NCBI GenBank assembly: GCA_965644295.1
Contig: CBFFRP010000431.1
Location: 310,001 to 374,000, forward strand
Direction: 5' to 3'
Source of the DNA: Paraphysomonas bandaiensis
Taxonomy: Eukaryota; Protista; Chrysophyceae
DNA: 64,000 nucleotides
The translations under genes were made by a program, and so were the position numbers. The notes below the pieces were generated by a model. The model worked only from the letters and a program-made list of their open reading frames with translations, searched no databases and was not told the origin of the DNA. Shown here piece by piece: positions 13,601 to 26,248 of the stretch (position 1 is its first letter; every line of letters starts with the position of its first letter).

Positions 13601-16600
13601 TTTATCGATGGTGCAAGTCTACGGAAATATGCCATGATAATACAGTCCAATACCGACAATGCAAAAATCTGCAAGCACATGTGTTTGTTATTGTTATCAC
13701 TATATGGTAAGGGAGAGGGCGTGGACAGGGCACTACGGGAAAGCGATCTTGCAGCTATTCTCACGGATATCTTGTCTACGTCCGGTAGTGGAAGTACCCT
13801 GACTGCCGATATTGCCAATACTCTTGTTATGTTTGTAGTGGATTTTATTTCAAATGCTCCAGTCATGAAGAAAGAATTTATATCAGCTGGGCTAGTCAGT
13901 GTGTTGCGGCGTTACACCGACGACGACTTCAGTGATGCGACCAGAAAGGCAGCTCACATTGGAATGAAGAAATTAGTTCCACGGATTGGTGTCCTTATCG
14001 ACTCTGTGCAGGGTACTCACAGTATAAAAGTTATCATTGAAGGGTTAGAAGTTGCTATGGAATATCGCTGCCGTGATTTGGCGGCAAAGGCTATGTGTCG
14101 ACTAAGTGAACTTTTAGCCTGTGTGTCAACTGAAGATAAAAATGAAGAGAATTTATTACGACGGGAAGTTCTTCAAACTATTAGTGTTATCATAAAAGTG
14201 GCGACGGAATTCATCGACGCTATAAATGTAGTTGAGAGTGCACTTGATGTCATACAGCAACTCTCTGAGTCATCTGATGACATTCGTGCAATTGTTTCGT
14301 GTGGTGGATTCGTGTTGCTACGGTCAATATTGGACACACATGCCTCAATCGCTACTATATGTTCTGCATGTCTTGTATATGGCACACACACTGCAAGTGA
14401 CAGTATCAGAAATCGAATTGATATGGGAAAGTCAGGATGCTGTGAATCTCTTTTAGGTGTATGCCGCGCACACGAAAATAATGTGGAGATGATGAGAAAG
14501 TGCTTGCATTATATGTCGGTGCTCTGCACAGATTGTCCGGATAACCAAGATGCTTTTTGCAGTGGAGGTGCATGCGGGGTTGTCATCAAACACCTCATTT
14601 CTAATATGGCGGAGGTGTCTGATGTCAGTATTTGTGCCCAAACCATATTGAGTTTATGTTCTAATATGCATCTTGGAAACCGCAGGGTATTAATTTCTGA
14701 GAAGCATATGCAGTTGTATATTAAAGTAGTTCGCTTGTCCTCGCACAGTTCAAAAATATGTAAAATTATTTGTGCGCTTTTTGTTGGCCTATGTGGATCA
14801 AGTGATAGTGTTACAGACGAAGTACTACCTGTGTGTGGTGTCGCCACTGAACTGCGGGATATGTTGTCTATAGAAAATACTGAAAAACTAAGCTCTGGTG
14901 TTTCACAGGGTTTGGTTATGCTTGTTGTACACATGGCGGTGAAAATTCCATCGATGCGCCCTGTGCTGCTGTCTGTGGGGATGACTAATGTTCTACGTCG
15001 CTTTACTCTGCCGGAGTGGAATGATGTCGTTCGCCATGCAGCTGATACTGGTATTCGTAAACTTATTCCGCGTATGGCGATGCTAATGGACACCTTAAGT
15101 GAATCCACTGATCCATCTTTCCTTACTGAATGTTTGCAGTCAGCAGTAGAATGTGGGTACCAACCTCTTGCCGAGAAAGCGATAGGTGTCATTGAACATA
15201 TGATTAGTAGAAGCAACCCTAAGATCTTATCCTCTATATGTGATATACGTGAAGTGGTGTGTACGCCTGTGTTAATGGATGTGCTTTGCACTTTTTGGTT
15301 CAATACCAAAATTTGTGACAAATGTTTTTCTATCATCACGGAATATCCGTATACATCTGGGGATGCGGAGATGATTATATCATTGGGGGGGGCAGACAAG
15401 TTTCGGTCTTTGCTTGAAAAATTTCTCACAGATTCTAGATATTGTCCTCTCTCTTTGTCGTATGGTTCGGCATTGTTATCGGATAGTCTGTCGAACAAAA
15501 TCGCGATGGGACAGCATAATATTTGTGAGTGTGCAGTTCTCGTGTGTCAAATGCATGCGAATGATGCACACATTATGACTAAGGGCTTGTCTATAATATG
15601 CGCTCTATCAACTGAATGTGTGGAGAATCAAAGGAAGTTTGGACGCGAAGATTTTGCTGAGGTTGTATTGACGCACTTGTCTAGGCACAAGCTTGATAGT
15701 CTTGTTGTGGAACTTTGTGCTCGTACTATTTTGAGTATTTGCGCTGGTGGTAAATGTGAGAATCATTTACACGTATTCTTGTTACCGTCGTATATTCGGG
15801 TGTATTTCGATGTTATACGATCCAGTGCTACAAACGCCAAGATATGTAAATGCATGTATTCGGTCGTTGTTGTACTCTGTAAAAACGAGAAAACCAATGT
15901 CATTGACAGTTTGCGCAGTAGTGGTATTGCAAGCGACATAGCCAGTTTTTTGCGATTTTCTATCGATGCAGAAAAAGTTCGAGAAGTGGTACAATTAGCA
16001 GTGATGCTAGTAGTGTATCTTATTGTGAACTATCCCTCACTGGCTGGCGATTTCATTGACGTTGATATGGTTAATGTGTTGAAGTTGTACATTTCAGGCA
16101 TTTGGAGTGAAAAGACTAAAAAGGCAGCGAGAACTGGAATCAGTAAGTTGATTGCTGAAGCTAGTCGTGTCGTCACACTTGATGCTGATCGTGAAAATCC
16201 TGAACCTAATTCTATAGTTGCTACATTAGCAATGGGGTTCCCAACTTCTGATTTGTCATCCGACTCACTGCAATCTGACTCACAATCTACAGACATTCCC
16301 TACTTGATTTTATGTCTAGAAAAAGCGGTTGTTGAGAACAGTGTTGACCTAGCACTAACTTCGGGCTTAAAAATATATGAGTTGCTATCGTCACAAGACG
16401 TAGGTCCTGAAGAATTGCTTGCCGTGGTAAAAGCGACAGCAAAAGTTATAGAAAAGTTTATAAAAAATACGGACTTGTGTAAACTCTGTTTAGACTTACT
16501 GTCTCGAACGGAACATGACAGTCAGATGATTGAAACTTTTCATTTAGCCCCCATTGTAGCATCCGTGCTTGACACACACCAGTCTGACCCCAGTGTGTGC

Positions 16601-19600
16601 TGTGCATGTGTGGATTATGGAATATGTTTGGCATCGATAGATGTGAGTGTGCGGCTTTTGTTTGGTGAACATGGTGTTTGTGATTGCGTTTTGGCTGTAT
16701 TTCGAAGGCACAGCAACATCGCTGCTGTCGCTGATAGATCTCTCAGGTTCATATGTGCGCTATGCAGAGATTGCCCGTCAAACCAGGATAAACTTGGGAA
16801 CGGCGGTGCTTGTAGTTGTGTTATCGAATGTCTGTCGGAATATATAACAAATAGCAATGTTGTGATCTCAGGTACGCATGCCATTGCTTCGCTTTGTGCG
16901 GGGCATGGCATCAACAACAACCGTTATACAATGACTTCTACGAGGCCTTTACAGCTATACATGGAGGTGATTCGTATGAACCCCATGAGTGGGGATACTT
17001 GTAAAGGTATCTGTTCACTTCTTGTGGCACTTTGCGGTAAGGGCGAGGGTAAAGTTGGAGAGCAAATGATGGATAGTGGTATATCGGACGCGTTGTTGGT
17101 TATGCTGTCATGTACTGATTCCGATCGAGCATTTAGCATAGATGTTCTGACCAATCTGGTTATGTTAGTGGTTCACTTTGTCCTTAATATTCCTGCGATG
17201 ATGTTTAATCTGGCATCAGTTGGTATGGCAGGTGTTCTTTGTGAATATACCTCGGCCCCATGGAACGAAACTGTTCGAAAAGCAGCTGCCGCAGGTGTGA
17301 AGAAATTGACCAGTTTGGAGTCAAGGGAACCGCTAACTAAACCATTCATTCCCCATTCTGTGGAGTCAAATTTAGCGACTACGGATTCTTCGTTGCGTCC
17401 AGAAAGTACACTTAATCAGCTACCTTCAATATATCCCAGCAGTTATCAACAAGACATTGGTCTACCTGGAAGTGATGATCGACGAAACAATGACCATGTG
17501 CTGCAGCCAGTCCATAGTAATTCTATGACATCGTCGGATGTGAGCTCTTTGTTATCATTTGTAGAGATAGCCGCAAATGAAAGCGATGTGGATGCAGTGC
17601 TTCATTTGTTCCGTCGACTACGATCTATGTTGCTAGACTCGCCTAATGGAAAAAATATTTCTGCGATACAAGAAGCATCAGGAAAAAAGTTTGTAATCTT
17701 ACATGCATTAGCCTCATATCTTAACAACAACGAGCTTATAAAAACTGGGTTGGAAGTTATGCAGATAATCTCCCTCCATATTGGGGATGGTGAATCATTT
17801 AGCCTGACAAATGAAATTGACATGATTTGCTCCATATTGAAACAATACGTAGTCGATGCAGATATATGCTCGGCTTGTGTGAAATATTGCTCTGTACTAG
17901 TAGCCGAACAAAAGGAAATATGCGTTAACATGGGTAAAGCTGGTGTATGCAACGCTGTTGTGGATGTCATGAGAGCGCAGCTAGAAAAAACTGGAGTTGT
18001 TCTTTGTTGTCTTCCACTTGTACGTGTGCTCTGTAACGAATGTGATGACAATCGAAACAGGTTCGGTGAGTGTGGTTTGTGCAGTCTAGTAATCAAATTT
18101 ATGCTTCCAAATTTAGCGGATGAACATATTGTATCCACGTCTTTGCAAACGGTGGTGGCTCTCAGCGCAAATCAAAATGCGATTAACAGCAAAGTATTGA
18201 CGTCTTCAAGTCATTTTCAATTGTATATTCGTGTCCTTCGCCTACATTCGACGAACCCTGTGATATGCGATTGTATATGTACTCTTATGATCGCTTTGTG
18301 CCGAAGTGACCAAGAAGGTGTTGGTGCTGATATAGTAAAAAGTGGAATTATTCGTGAGTTGGCAGAACTGCTTACCCGATTTGTGAACAGAAGTCACTTT
18401 GATCCTGAAGTCACGTCAGCAATTGTGTTACTTGTAGTACATTTCGTTGTAAACGTTCCTATGACAGTTTCCGAGTGCTTGTCTGTTGGCATGATCGACG
18501 TGCTTCGTCCCTACACAACTGGTGATTGGAACAACAAGGTTCAAAATGCTGTTAATATTGCCATTCAGAAACTTTCATCGCGAGATGAAAATATATGTAA
18601 TACTTTGCGGGTGATACTTCCAGAAGAACAACCTGGATCTCGTGATATGGACGTCACAGAAGCTACCAACGAGGGTGGTGCTGCTGTTGATACCAGTCAA
18701 CATACGGGGTTTCAAGAAGTTGCTATACCTTCAGAGTTACTTTCTAATATCAGCACTTCTACAGATGTCTTGTTCTTGTGTGATTGCTTCAGGAGTGCTG
18801 CCACGAACAATAATGAGGTTATCGCTGATAGTTGTGCGAGCCGGATTCGAGCACTTGTCTCGGGTACAGGACAAATCAATGGGAATAAAGTCGTTAAATC
18901 CTTGGCTGCCGTTAGAAGTGAACTCTTTGCGGCATTTACAGAATTTTTGGAGAGCGACTCTGTAACTTCGAATGGGCTATTTATACTGCATATGTTACTG
19001 AGTCCTTCTGCAGAGACTAGCGCTGTGGTATCAAACCATGAAGTCATGTTTGTCACTTCTGCGTTGCAATTAAATATGTTTTCATCTTACTGCTCTCTAA
19101 TACTCGAGTGTGGTACATTACTAGCTGATAGTGGAGAAGAGAGCCGAACTCGACTCTGCTCAAACGAGATGTGTAAAAGTGTTGTCCAAGTATTACGAAC
19201 TTACCAGAGTAACTGGGATATCATGTTGAAATGCTTCAACCTGATATGTGCACTATGTAGAGGTGATTTGGTTAATCGTGACAAATTCGGCCATTCAGGA
19301 GTAGCGACTGAAATGATTGGTTACTTGAGAAATAATATGGCAAATGAAGTGATAGTTAGTAATTGCCATCGAGTCATTACTGTACTTTGTACAGAATGCG
19401 TGTTAAATAGGGAAAAATTTGTTGCCGATATCAACCTATATGTCGATATTATCAAAGGTAATGTTAAAAATGCACGCCTGGTTAAGGGCACATGCGCTTT
19501 GCTTGTTGTTGTGTGTGGTAAAGGTGAAGGTAGCGTTGGCGAAGAGATGATAGAGAGTTCTATTTGCCAAGAGTTTATCAGACTCCTCAATGATCATGCA

Positions 19601-22600
19601 AGTGGAGATCAGTTGAATCGAGATGTGGCTACCAGCCTACTAATGTTGGTGGTTCACTTCGTTGTCAATATTCCCATATTGACCCCTGTGCTGGAGTCAG
19701 CGGGAACAATCGATGTTCTTCGGCGTTATACAACTAGTGATTGGAATGATATTGTTCGAAAAGCTGCCTCTATAGCTATCAATAAGTTGTCGGCGTTTGC
19801 ACTGTCCTCATGGGATAAGAAGTCAAAAGAGGATTTCCGATCAAATAGCCCCGGGATAAATTCAATGGAAACAAGTGAACAAGACACGAAATCTATCTCA
19901 CCTGTATCAAATGTACCATCCACTTTTCCTACTGCTAGCACTGTTGCCCATGGGCCTTGTAAAGTTGACGGAGTTGTCGCGGATGATGAACGACAAATGC
20001 AGCCAACTGGAGTAGGACATGACAACAGTAGTGGAACTGCGCAGAGTTTTGACACTGGAGATAATGCACCGAATGCTTGTGACGTGGACAATGCCAAAGA
20101 CAATTTACGTCCTGAATCAGTCCCGAACAGGAACGAGACAACTATTGAGGTGACTGATGATACCTCTCATTTTCAAAAAGAGCCTGCAACTACCAAGCGC
20201 GATTCTGTTGTGGCAGGTGTTTTATCTGTTCTAAAGGTGGCAGTTGAAGAAAGGAATTTGGGTAAATCAATGTCTAGTTTGAAAGAAATAAGGTCTGTGA
20301 TGTCAGATACCGATTTATCTTATAGAGAATCTTATCGCGAAGGAATATATATATCCCAAGGCCTAATCATTAGTTGTCTATCTTTATTTTCTGACAATAC
20401 GTCCCTTGTTGTAGTGGGTTTAGATGTGCTGCGAATGATCTCATCTAATGAAATCTCAGCTGATGAAGCGAAATTACTTCGCGTTATTCTACAGATTCAT
20501 ATTTCCAACAGAGTATTATGTTCTCGAATTTTGTTGTATGCAACAGCTCAGGCCACGAAAGTTGTCACTAATCGTATCGAAATGGGAAAGACCGGTATAT
20601 GTGAGGTCGTTGCAGATGTGTGTGCACGTTACAAAGATGATAAAGAAATTGTGATTTGGTGCTTGCAATATGTTGTCGCCATGTGTACTGATTGTTCGAG
20701 TAATGAAATTATATCAGTACAGTGTATTAAAAATATCGTTGCATCATTGGAGGTTCACAAATCGTGCGAAAGTACTATTAGTACCTTCGCCGAAGGCTTT
20801 ATTGCTCTTTGTACTGGGGCGAACTCTCAAATCCTGACGTTTTTCTCAACCTCACCTACGCTTGAGTTGATTTTTAAAGTTCTCAAATGTAATGGCGGTA
20901 GCGTAACGGTATGCAAAAGTCTTTGTAGTTTTTTAGTTTTGCTATTCGATAGAGGCCGCACGTTGATTAACGACAACATACAGTATGTGACAGTTTCGAA
21001 AGGGATAGTGGACGTGCTTTCTGATCACAACTGTACAAGTACTTCTGAAGCAGCTACAACTGTTGTCATGATGGCTGTATATGTCGTATTAACTATGCCA
21101 ACTATGCACCCTGCTTTGGTTTCTGTTGGTGTGATAGACGTTTTTCGCCGATTCACTACCAATGATTGGAGTAGTGCAGTGAAAAAAGGCTGTTACGTCG
21201 CCATAAAGAAACTGTCGATGCTGAGAATAGTATCTAACGCATCCAGCGTAAATGATAAGCAGAGTGAGTCAAGAGTACATCGTACAGATGAAAATGAAGT
21301 GGTAGAAGAAGTACCTGATGCAATTGATGAATCATCCGACACTTCGCATTTACTGTCCTATCTAGGAAAAGCTATTGATAGTAATGATCTGGATTTGGCT
21401 ATGTTTTCAATGAGAAGAATTCTGGCTATAGTTTCCAATTCTGGAGATCTGAAATCAGAGAATTTACTCGCAGTGAAGGAAGTTGCTAGTCAAGTGAACA
21501 CTATATTTAGTGTTGCATCTGTTTTTATTGAAGATGCAAATGTTGTGACAGCATGTTTGGATGTTCTGCAGCAATTGGAATATGACGACGCGGATATCGA
21601 TGCCATCGATAGTAGTGGCAAGCTTGGTGTAATAAGTGCTATATTGCAGGAGTACGTATCAGATGGTGCGATATGTTTACTTTGTATGGATGTAGCGATC
21701 AGGCTAGCCGCAGAAAGTGAGACAATTCAGCTAGAGCTAGGTGATAAAGGGATATGCGAGAGTGTCATAGAAGTGTGCCAAGCTCACGAAAATGATAACG
21801 GCGTCGTTGAGAAATGTATCGTACTTGCTACCGAACTGTGCACTTCTTGCAGAGATAATCGTGACCGATTTAGCGAAATCTCTACTTTGAGCGACGCTGC
21901 TAAGCTTGTGATTAATGCTGCTGTGGATTATCCTGAGAAGGGTGTTATTCATGCCATTAAAGTTCCGTATGTAGAGGATTCAGTAATTTCTACATCTGCA
22001 ACTAGCCAGATGGGCAGTGGTGCCAACGAAGTGGTGAAGGAAGTAGCCGATAGGTCAGTGAATGTGAACGACAGAGTGGACAGTAAACACTTGGTCGATA
22101 AAGCATCTGAAAATGTAACAAATGCCATGAGTGCAACCAATGAAACCTCTAGGGATGCTGTTGCTAAGTCGCTTGCTACTAATACACATGAGTTACCATC
22201 GGTCCCGAGTGAGAAAAATGTGACTGAATTATCTAATGCAATTGATGAATCAACCGACACTTTCAAGGAAGAAGCCGATAGGTCAGTGAATGTTAGCGAC
22301 AGAGTGGACAGTAAACACTTGGTCGATAAAGCATCTGAAAATGTAACAAATGCCATGAGTGCAACCAATGAAACCTCTAGGGATGCTGTTGCTAAGTCGC
22401 TTGCTACTAATACACATGAGTTACCATCGGTCCCGAGTGAGAAAAATGTGACTGAATTATCTAATGCAATTGATGAATCAACCGACACTTTCAAGGAAGA
22501 AGCCGATAGGTCAGTGAATGTTAGCGATAGAGTGGACAGTAAACACTTGGTCGATAAAGCATCTGAAAATGTAACAGATGCCATGAGTGCAACCAATGAA

Positions 22601-25591
22601 ACCTCCAGGGATGCTGTTGCTAAGTCGCTTGCTACTAATACACATGAGTTACCATCGGTCCCGAGTGAGAAAAATGTGACTGAATTATCTAATGCAATTG
22701 ATGAATCAACCGACACTTTCAAGGAAGAAGCCGATAGGTCAGTGAATGTTAGCGATAGAGTGGACAGTAAACACTTGGTCGATAAAGCATCTGAAAATGT
22801 AACAGATGCCATGAGTGCAACCAATGAAACCTCCAGGGATGCTGTTGCTAAGTCGCTTGCTACTAATACACATGAGTTACCATCGGTCCCGAGTGAGAAA
22901 AATGTGACTGAATTATCTGATACAATTGATGAATCAACCGACACTTTCAAGGAAGAAGCCGATAGGTCAGTGAATGTTAGCGACAGAGTGGACAGTAAAC
23001 ACTTGGTCGATAAAGCATCTGAAAATGTATCAGATGCCATGAGTGCAACCAATGAAACCTCTAGGGATGCTGTTGCTAAGTCGCTTGCTACTAATACACA
23101 TGAGTTACCATCGGTCCCGAGTGAGAAAAATGTGACTGAATTATCTAATGCAATTGATGAATCAACCGACACTTTCAAGGAAGAAGCCGATAGGTCAGTG
23201 AATGTGAACGACAGAGTGGACAGTAAACACTTGGTCGATAAAGTATCTGAAAATGTAACAGATGCCATGAGTGCAACCAATGAAACCTCTAGGGATGCTG
23301 TTGCTAAGTCGCTTGCTACTAATACACATGAGTTACCATCGGTCCCGAGTGAGAAAAATGTGACTGAATTATCTGATACAATTGATGAATCAACCGACAC
23401 TTTCAAGGAAGAAGCCGATAGGTCAGTGAATGTGAACGACAGAGTGGACAGTAAACACTTGGTCGATAAAGCATCTGAAAATGTATCAGATGCCATGAGT
23501 GCAACCAATGAAACCTCTAGGGATGCTGTTGCTAAGTCGCTTGCTACTAATACACATGAGTTACCATCGGTCCCGAGTGAGAAAAATGTGACTGAATTAT
23601 CTAATGCAATTGATGAATCAACCGACACTTTCAAGGAAGAAGCCGATAGGTCAGTGAATGTGAACGACAGAGTGGACAGTAAACACTTGGTCGATAAAGT
23701 ATCTGAAAATGTAACAGATGCCATGAGTGCAACCAATGAAACCTCTAGGGATGCTGTTGCTAAGTCGCTTGCTACTAATACACATGAGTTACCATCGGTC
23801 CCGAGTGAGAAAAATGTGACTGAATTATCTGATACAATTGATGAATCAACCGACACTTTCAAGGAAGAAGCCGATAGGTCAGTGAATGTTAGCGACAGAG
23901 TGGACAGTAAACACTTGGTCGATAAAGTATCTGAAAATGTATCAGATGCCATGAGTGCAACCAATGAAACCTCTAGGGATGCTGTTGCTAAGTCGCTTGC
24001 TACTAATACACATGTGTTACCATCGGTCCCGAGTGAGAAAAATGTGACTGAATTATCTGATACAATTGATGAATCAACCGACACTTTCAAGGAAGAAGCC
24101 GATAGGTCAGTGAATGTTAGCGACAGAGTGGACAGTAAACACTTGGTCGATAAAGTATCTGAAAATGTATCAGATGCCATGAGTGCAACCAATGAAACCT
24201 CTAGGGATGCTGTTGCTAAGTCGCTTGCTACTAATACACATGAGTTACCATCGGTCCCGAGTGAGAAAAATGTGACTGAATTATCTGATACAATTGATGA
24301 ATCAACCGACACTTTCAAGGAAGAAGCCGATAGGTCAGTGCATGTTAGCGACAGAGTGGACAGTAAACACTTGGTCGATAAAGTATCTGAAAATGTATCA
24401 GATGCCATGAGTGCAACCAATGAAACCTCTAGGGATGCTGTTGCTAAGTCGCTTGCTACTAATACACATGAGTTACCATCGGTCCCGAGTGAGAAAAATG
24501 TGACTGAATTATCTGATACAATTGATGAATCATCCGACACTTCGCATTTACTGTCCTATCTAGGAAAAGCTATTGATAGTAATGATCTGGATTTGGCTAT
24601 GTTTTCAATGAGAAGAATTCTGGCTATAGTTTCCAATTCTGGAGATCTGAAATCAGAGAATTTACTCGCAGTGAAGGAAGTTGCTAGTCAAGTGAACACT
24701 ATATTTAGTGTTGCATCTGTTTTTATTGAAGATGCAAATGTTGTGACAGCATGTTTGGATGTTCTGCAGCAATTGGAATATGACGACGCGGATATCGATG
24801 CCATCGATAGTAGTGGCAAGCTTGGTGTAATAAGTGCTATATTGCAGGAGTACGTATCAGATGGTGCGATATGTTTACTTTGTATGGATGTAGCGATCAG
24901 GCTAGCCGCAGAAAGTGAGACAATTCAGCTAGAGCTAGGTGATAAAGGGATATGCGAGAGTGTCATAGAAGTGTGCCAAGCTCACGAAAATGATAACGGC
25001 GTCGTTGAGAAATGTTTTCGACTCGTTTGTGAGCTCTGTGATGATTGTCCCGAGAATCAAGACCGCTTTGGGCATCTTTCGGTTTCTAGTCATCTTGTGA
25101 AGTACTTGATCGGTAATATGAAAAACGAGTCTGGTGTTGGAATTTGTGCTCGTACCATTATGAGTCTCTGTGCTGATAATCACCAACATAACCGAAGTGT
25201 GCTTGTGTCGCGCAAACACCTTCGACTCTACACTCATATAATTCGCAAGAACTGTAAGAATTTGAAAATAACACGCTTTGTTTGCACTCTACTTGCTGGA
25301 TTATTTAAAACAAGCGATGAATATGGTGACGAGGAACTGGTCGAAAGTGAGATTGCCTACGATTTAGCTTCGCTGTTGTCTGCTTATTTTGAAAAGTCTT
25401 CACTGACTAAAGAGGTAGCCCAGGCTGTCGTCATTCTTGTTGCGCATTTTGTGATTAACATTCCGGACATGAGATACGAGCTGGTGGCTGCAGGAATGAT
25501 TAAATTGCTAAGCCGTTTTAGTGGAAGCGAATGGAGCAGTAATGTAAGAAAGACTGTGCCGGTAGCGATCCGTATGTTGGAGAAAGTGTAG
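1677..25591 (+). CDS. Giant (~7,900 aa) IQ-motif / armadillo-like tandem-module protein; spliced gene joining ORFs 2093-10675 and 10775-25591
   Basis: Phase-1 intron 10653-10736 (GCA G|gtgaaaat...aatttgtag|AT GAA GTT) joins the two ORFs in frame, and the same ~350-400-aa module recurs on both sides. The frame is open upstream to ~1868. Probable first exon starts at ATG 1677 (MRLFPATPPSKPK...) with donor at 1787; the exact 5' splicing is unresolved. Canonical IQ motif FATKIQAIYRTYRIRK near 2264. Cys-rich ARM-like helical repeats (e.g. 'LCRDCPSNQDKLGNGGACSCVIECL'). Confidence 0.8.
10653..10736 (+). other. Spliceosomal intron (84 nt) linking the two giant ORFs
   Basis: GT donor, branch-like 'tctaat', 'ttgtag' acceptor. 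Removing it skips the TGA at 10673 and keeps the frame. Confidence 0.8.
21321..21817 (+). repeat. Copy 1 of a ~497-bp direct duplication (first half of an ARM-like module)
   Basis: Appears identical to 24519-25015 (offset 3198); the protein IDESSDTSHLL...GVVEKC is repeated verbatim. Confidence 0.95.
22037..24542 (+). repeat. Coding tandem array: 11 x 228 bp (76-aa unit, S/T/D/E/N-rich)
   Basis: Unit starts aaggaag(t/a)agccgataggtcagtg at 22037, 22265, 22493 ... 24317; only a handful of positions vary. Confidence 0.97.
24519..25015 (+). repeat. Copy 2 of the ~497-bp direct duplication
   Basis: Matches 21321-21817; this copy continues into a complete final module. Confidence 0.95.
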
Positions 25592-26248
25592 ATAATTTTA
25601 AACTATTATCTATGTGGGGCATGTTGTAAATAGTTTTATGTGTAAATTTCGTTTGTAAAATTAAAAAATCATATGGTGCTGATTAAAACGCAATCCAATG
25701 TTTTTACCGTTTTGGTAATAAAATATTGATACCTCAGTGCTATTCGGTTTTCGTAATTCGACTAGTTTTTGTATCAGTACACTAGTGTGCGTCCTATGTA
25801 TGTCATCTATTTGACAAAGAAGAATTATTTGATGGTTTAGTAGAAAATCCCAAAGTAGCTTCAATTGTAGTTAATCTAAACGTGTTAAGAATACGTTTTC
25901 TCAAAATCGCCATTACACTAAAAATAAAGTACACATTAAAGCTTCAATATGAAAGTGATTAGTTGATTAATACAATTTAGAAAAATTTGGGCTGCATTTT
26001 TTCCAGCAATCAGTTATCCGAAAGTGTCATATGCTGGTAGAAACAACAATAAATTATAATTCTGGTAAGGATACTAGGGCTACACCCTGTTTCCTCAATT
26101 CTTATCAAAATCGACCTCGGCGGTTCGTGTGCTGAACACAGAGCTCCCTCGAGGCATATAATATTGTAAAAAACAAACATAGAAATCAAAATTGAAGATA
26201 TTTTCTGTAGCAATATTGTAGCAAAATAAAGTATTTTCAAAGATCTGA

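Noticed and set aside
14509-15498. 329-aa and other antisense ORFs within the giant gene, URB2 and CCDC39
   Set aside because: Shadow ORFs opposite well-supported coding frames, with no independent motifs.
21949-24540. 863-aa minus-strand ORF
   Set aside because: Antisense shadow of the 228-bp array: one stop-free unit repeated 11 times gives a long ORF automatically.
22037-24542. CRISPR-like array
   Set aside because: Contiguous in-frame 228-bp units with no unique spacers, inside a eukaryotic CDS, and no cas genes.
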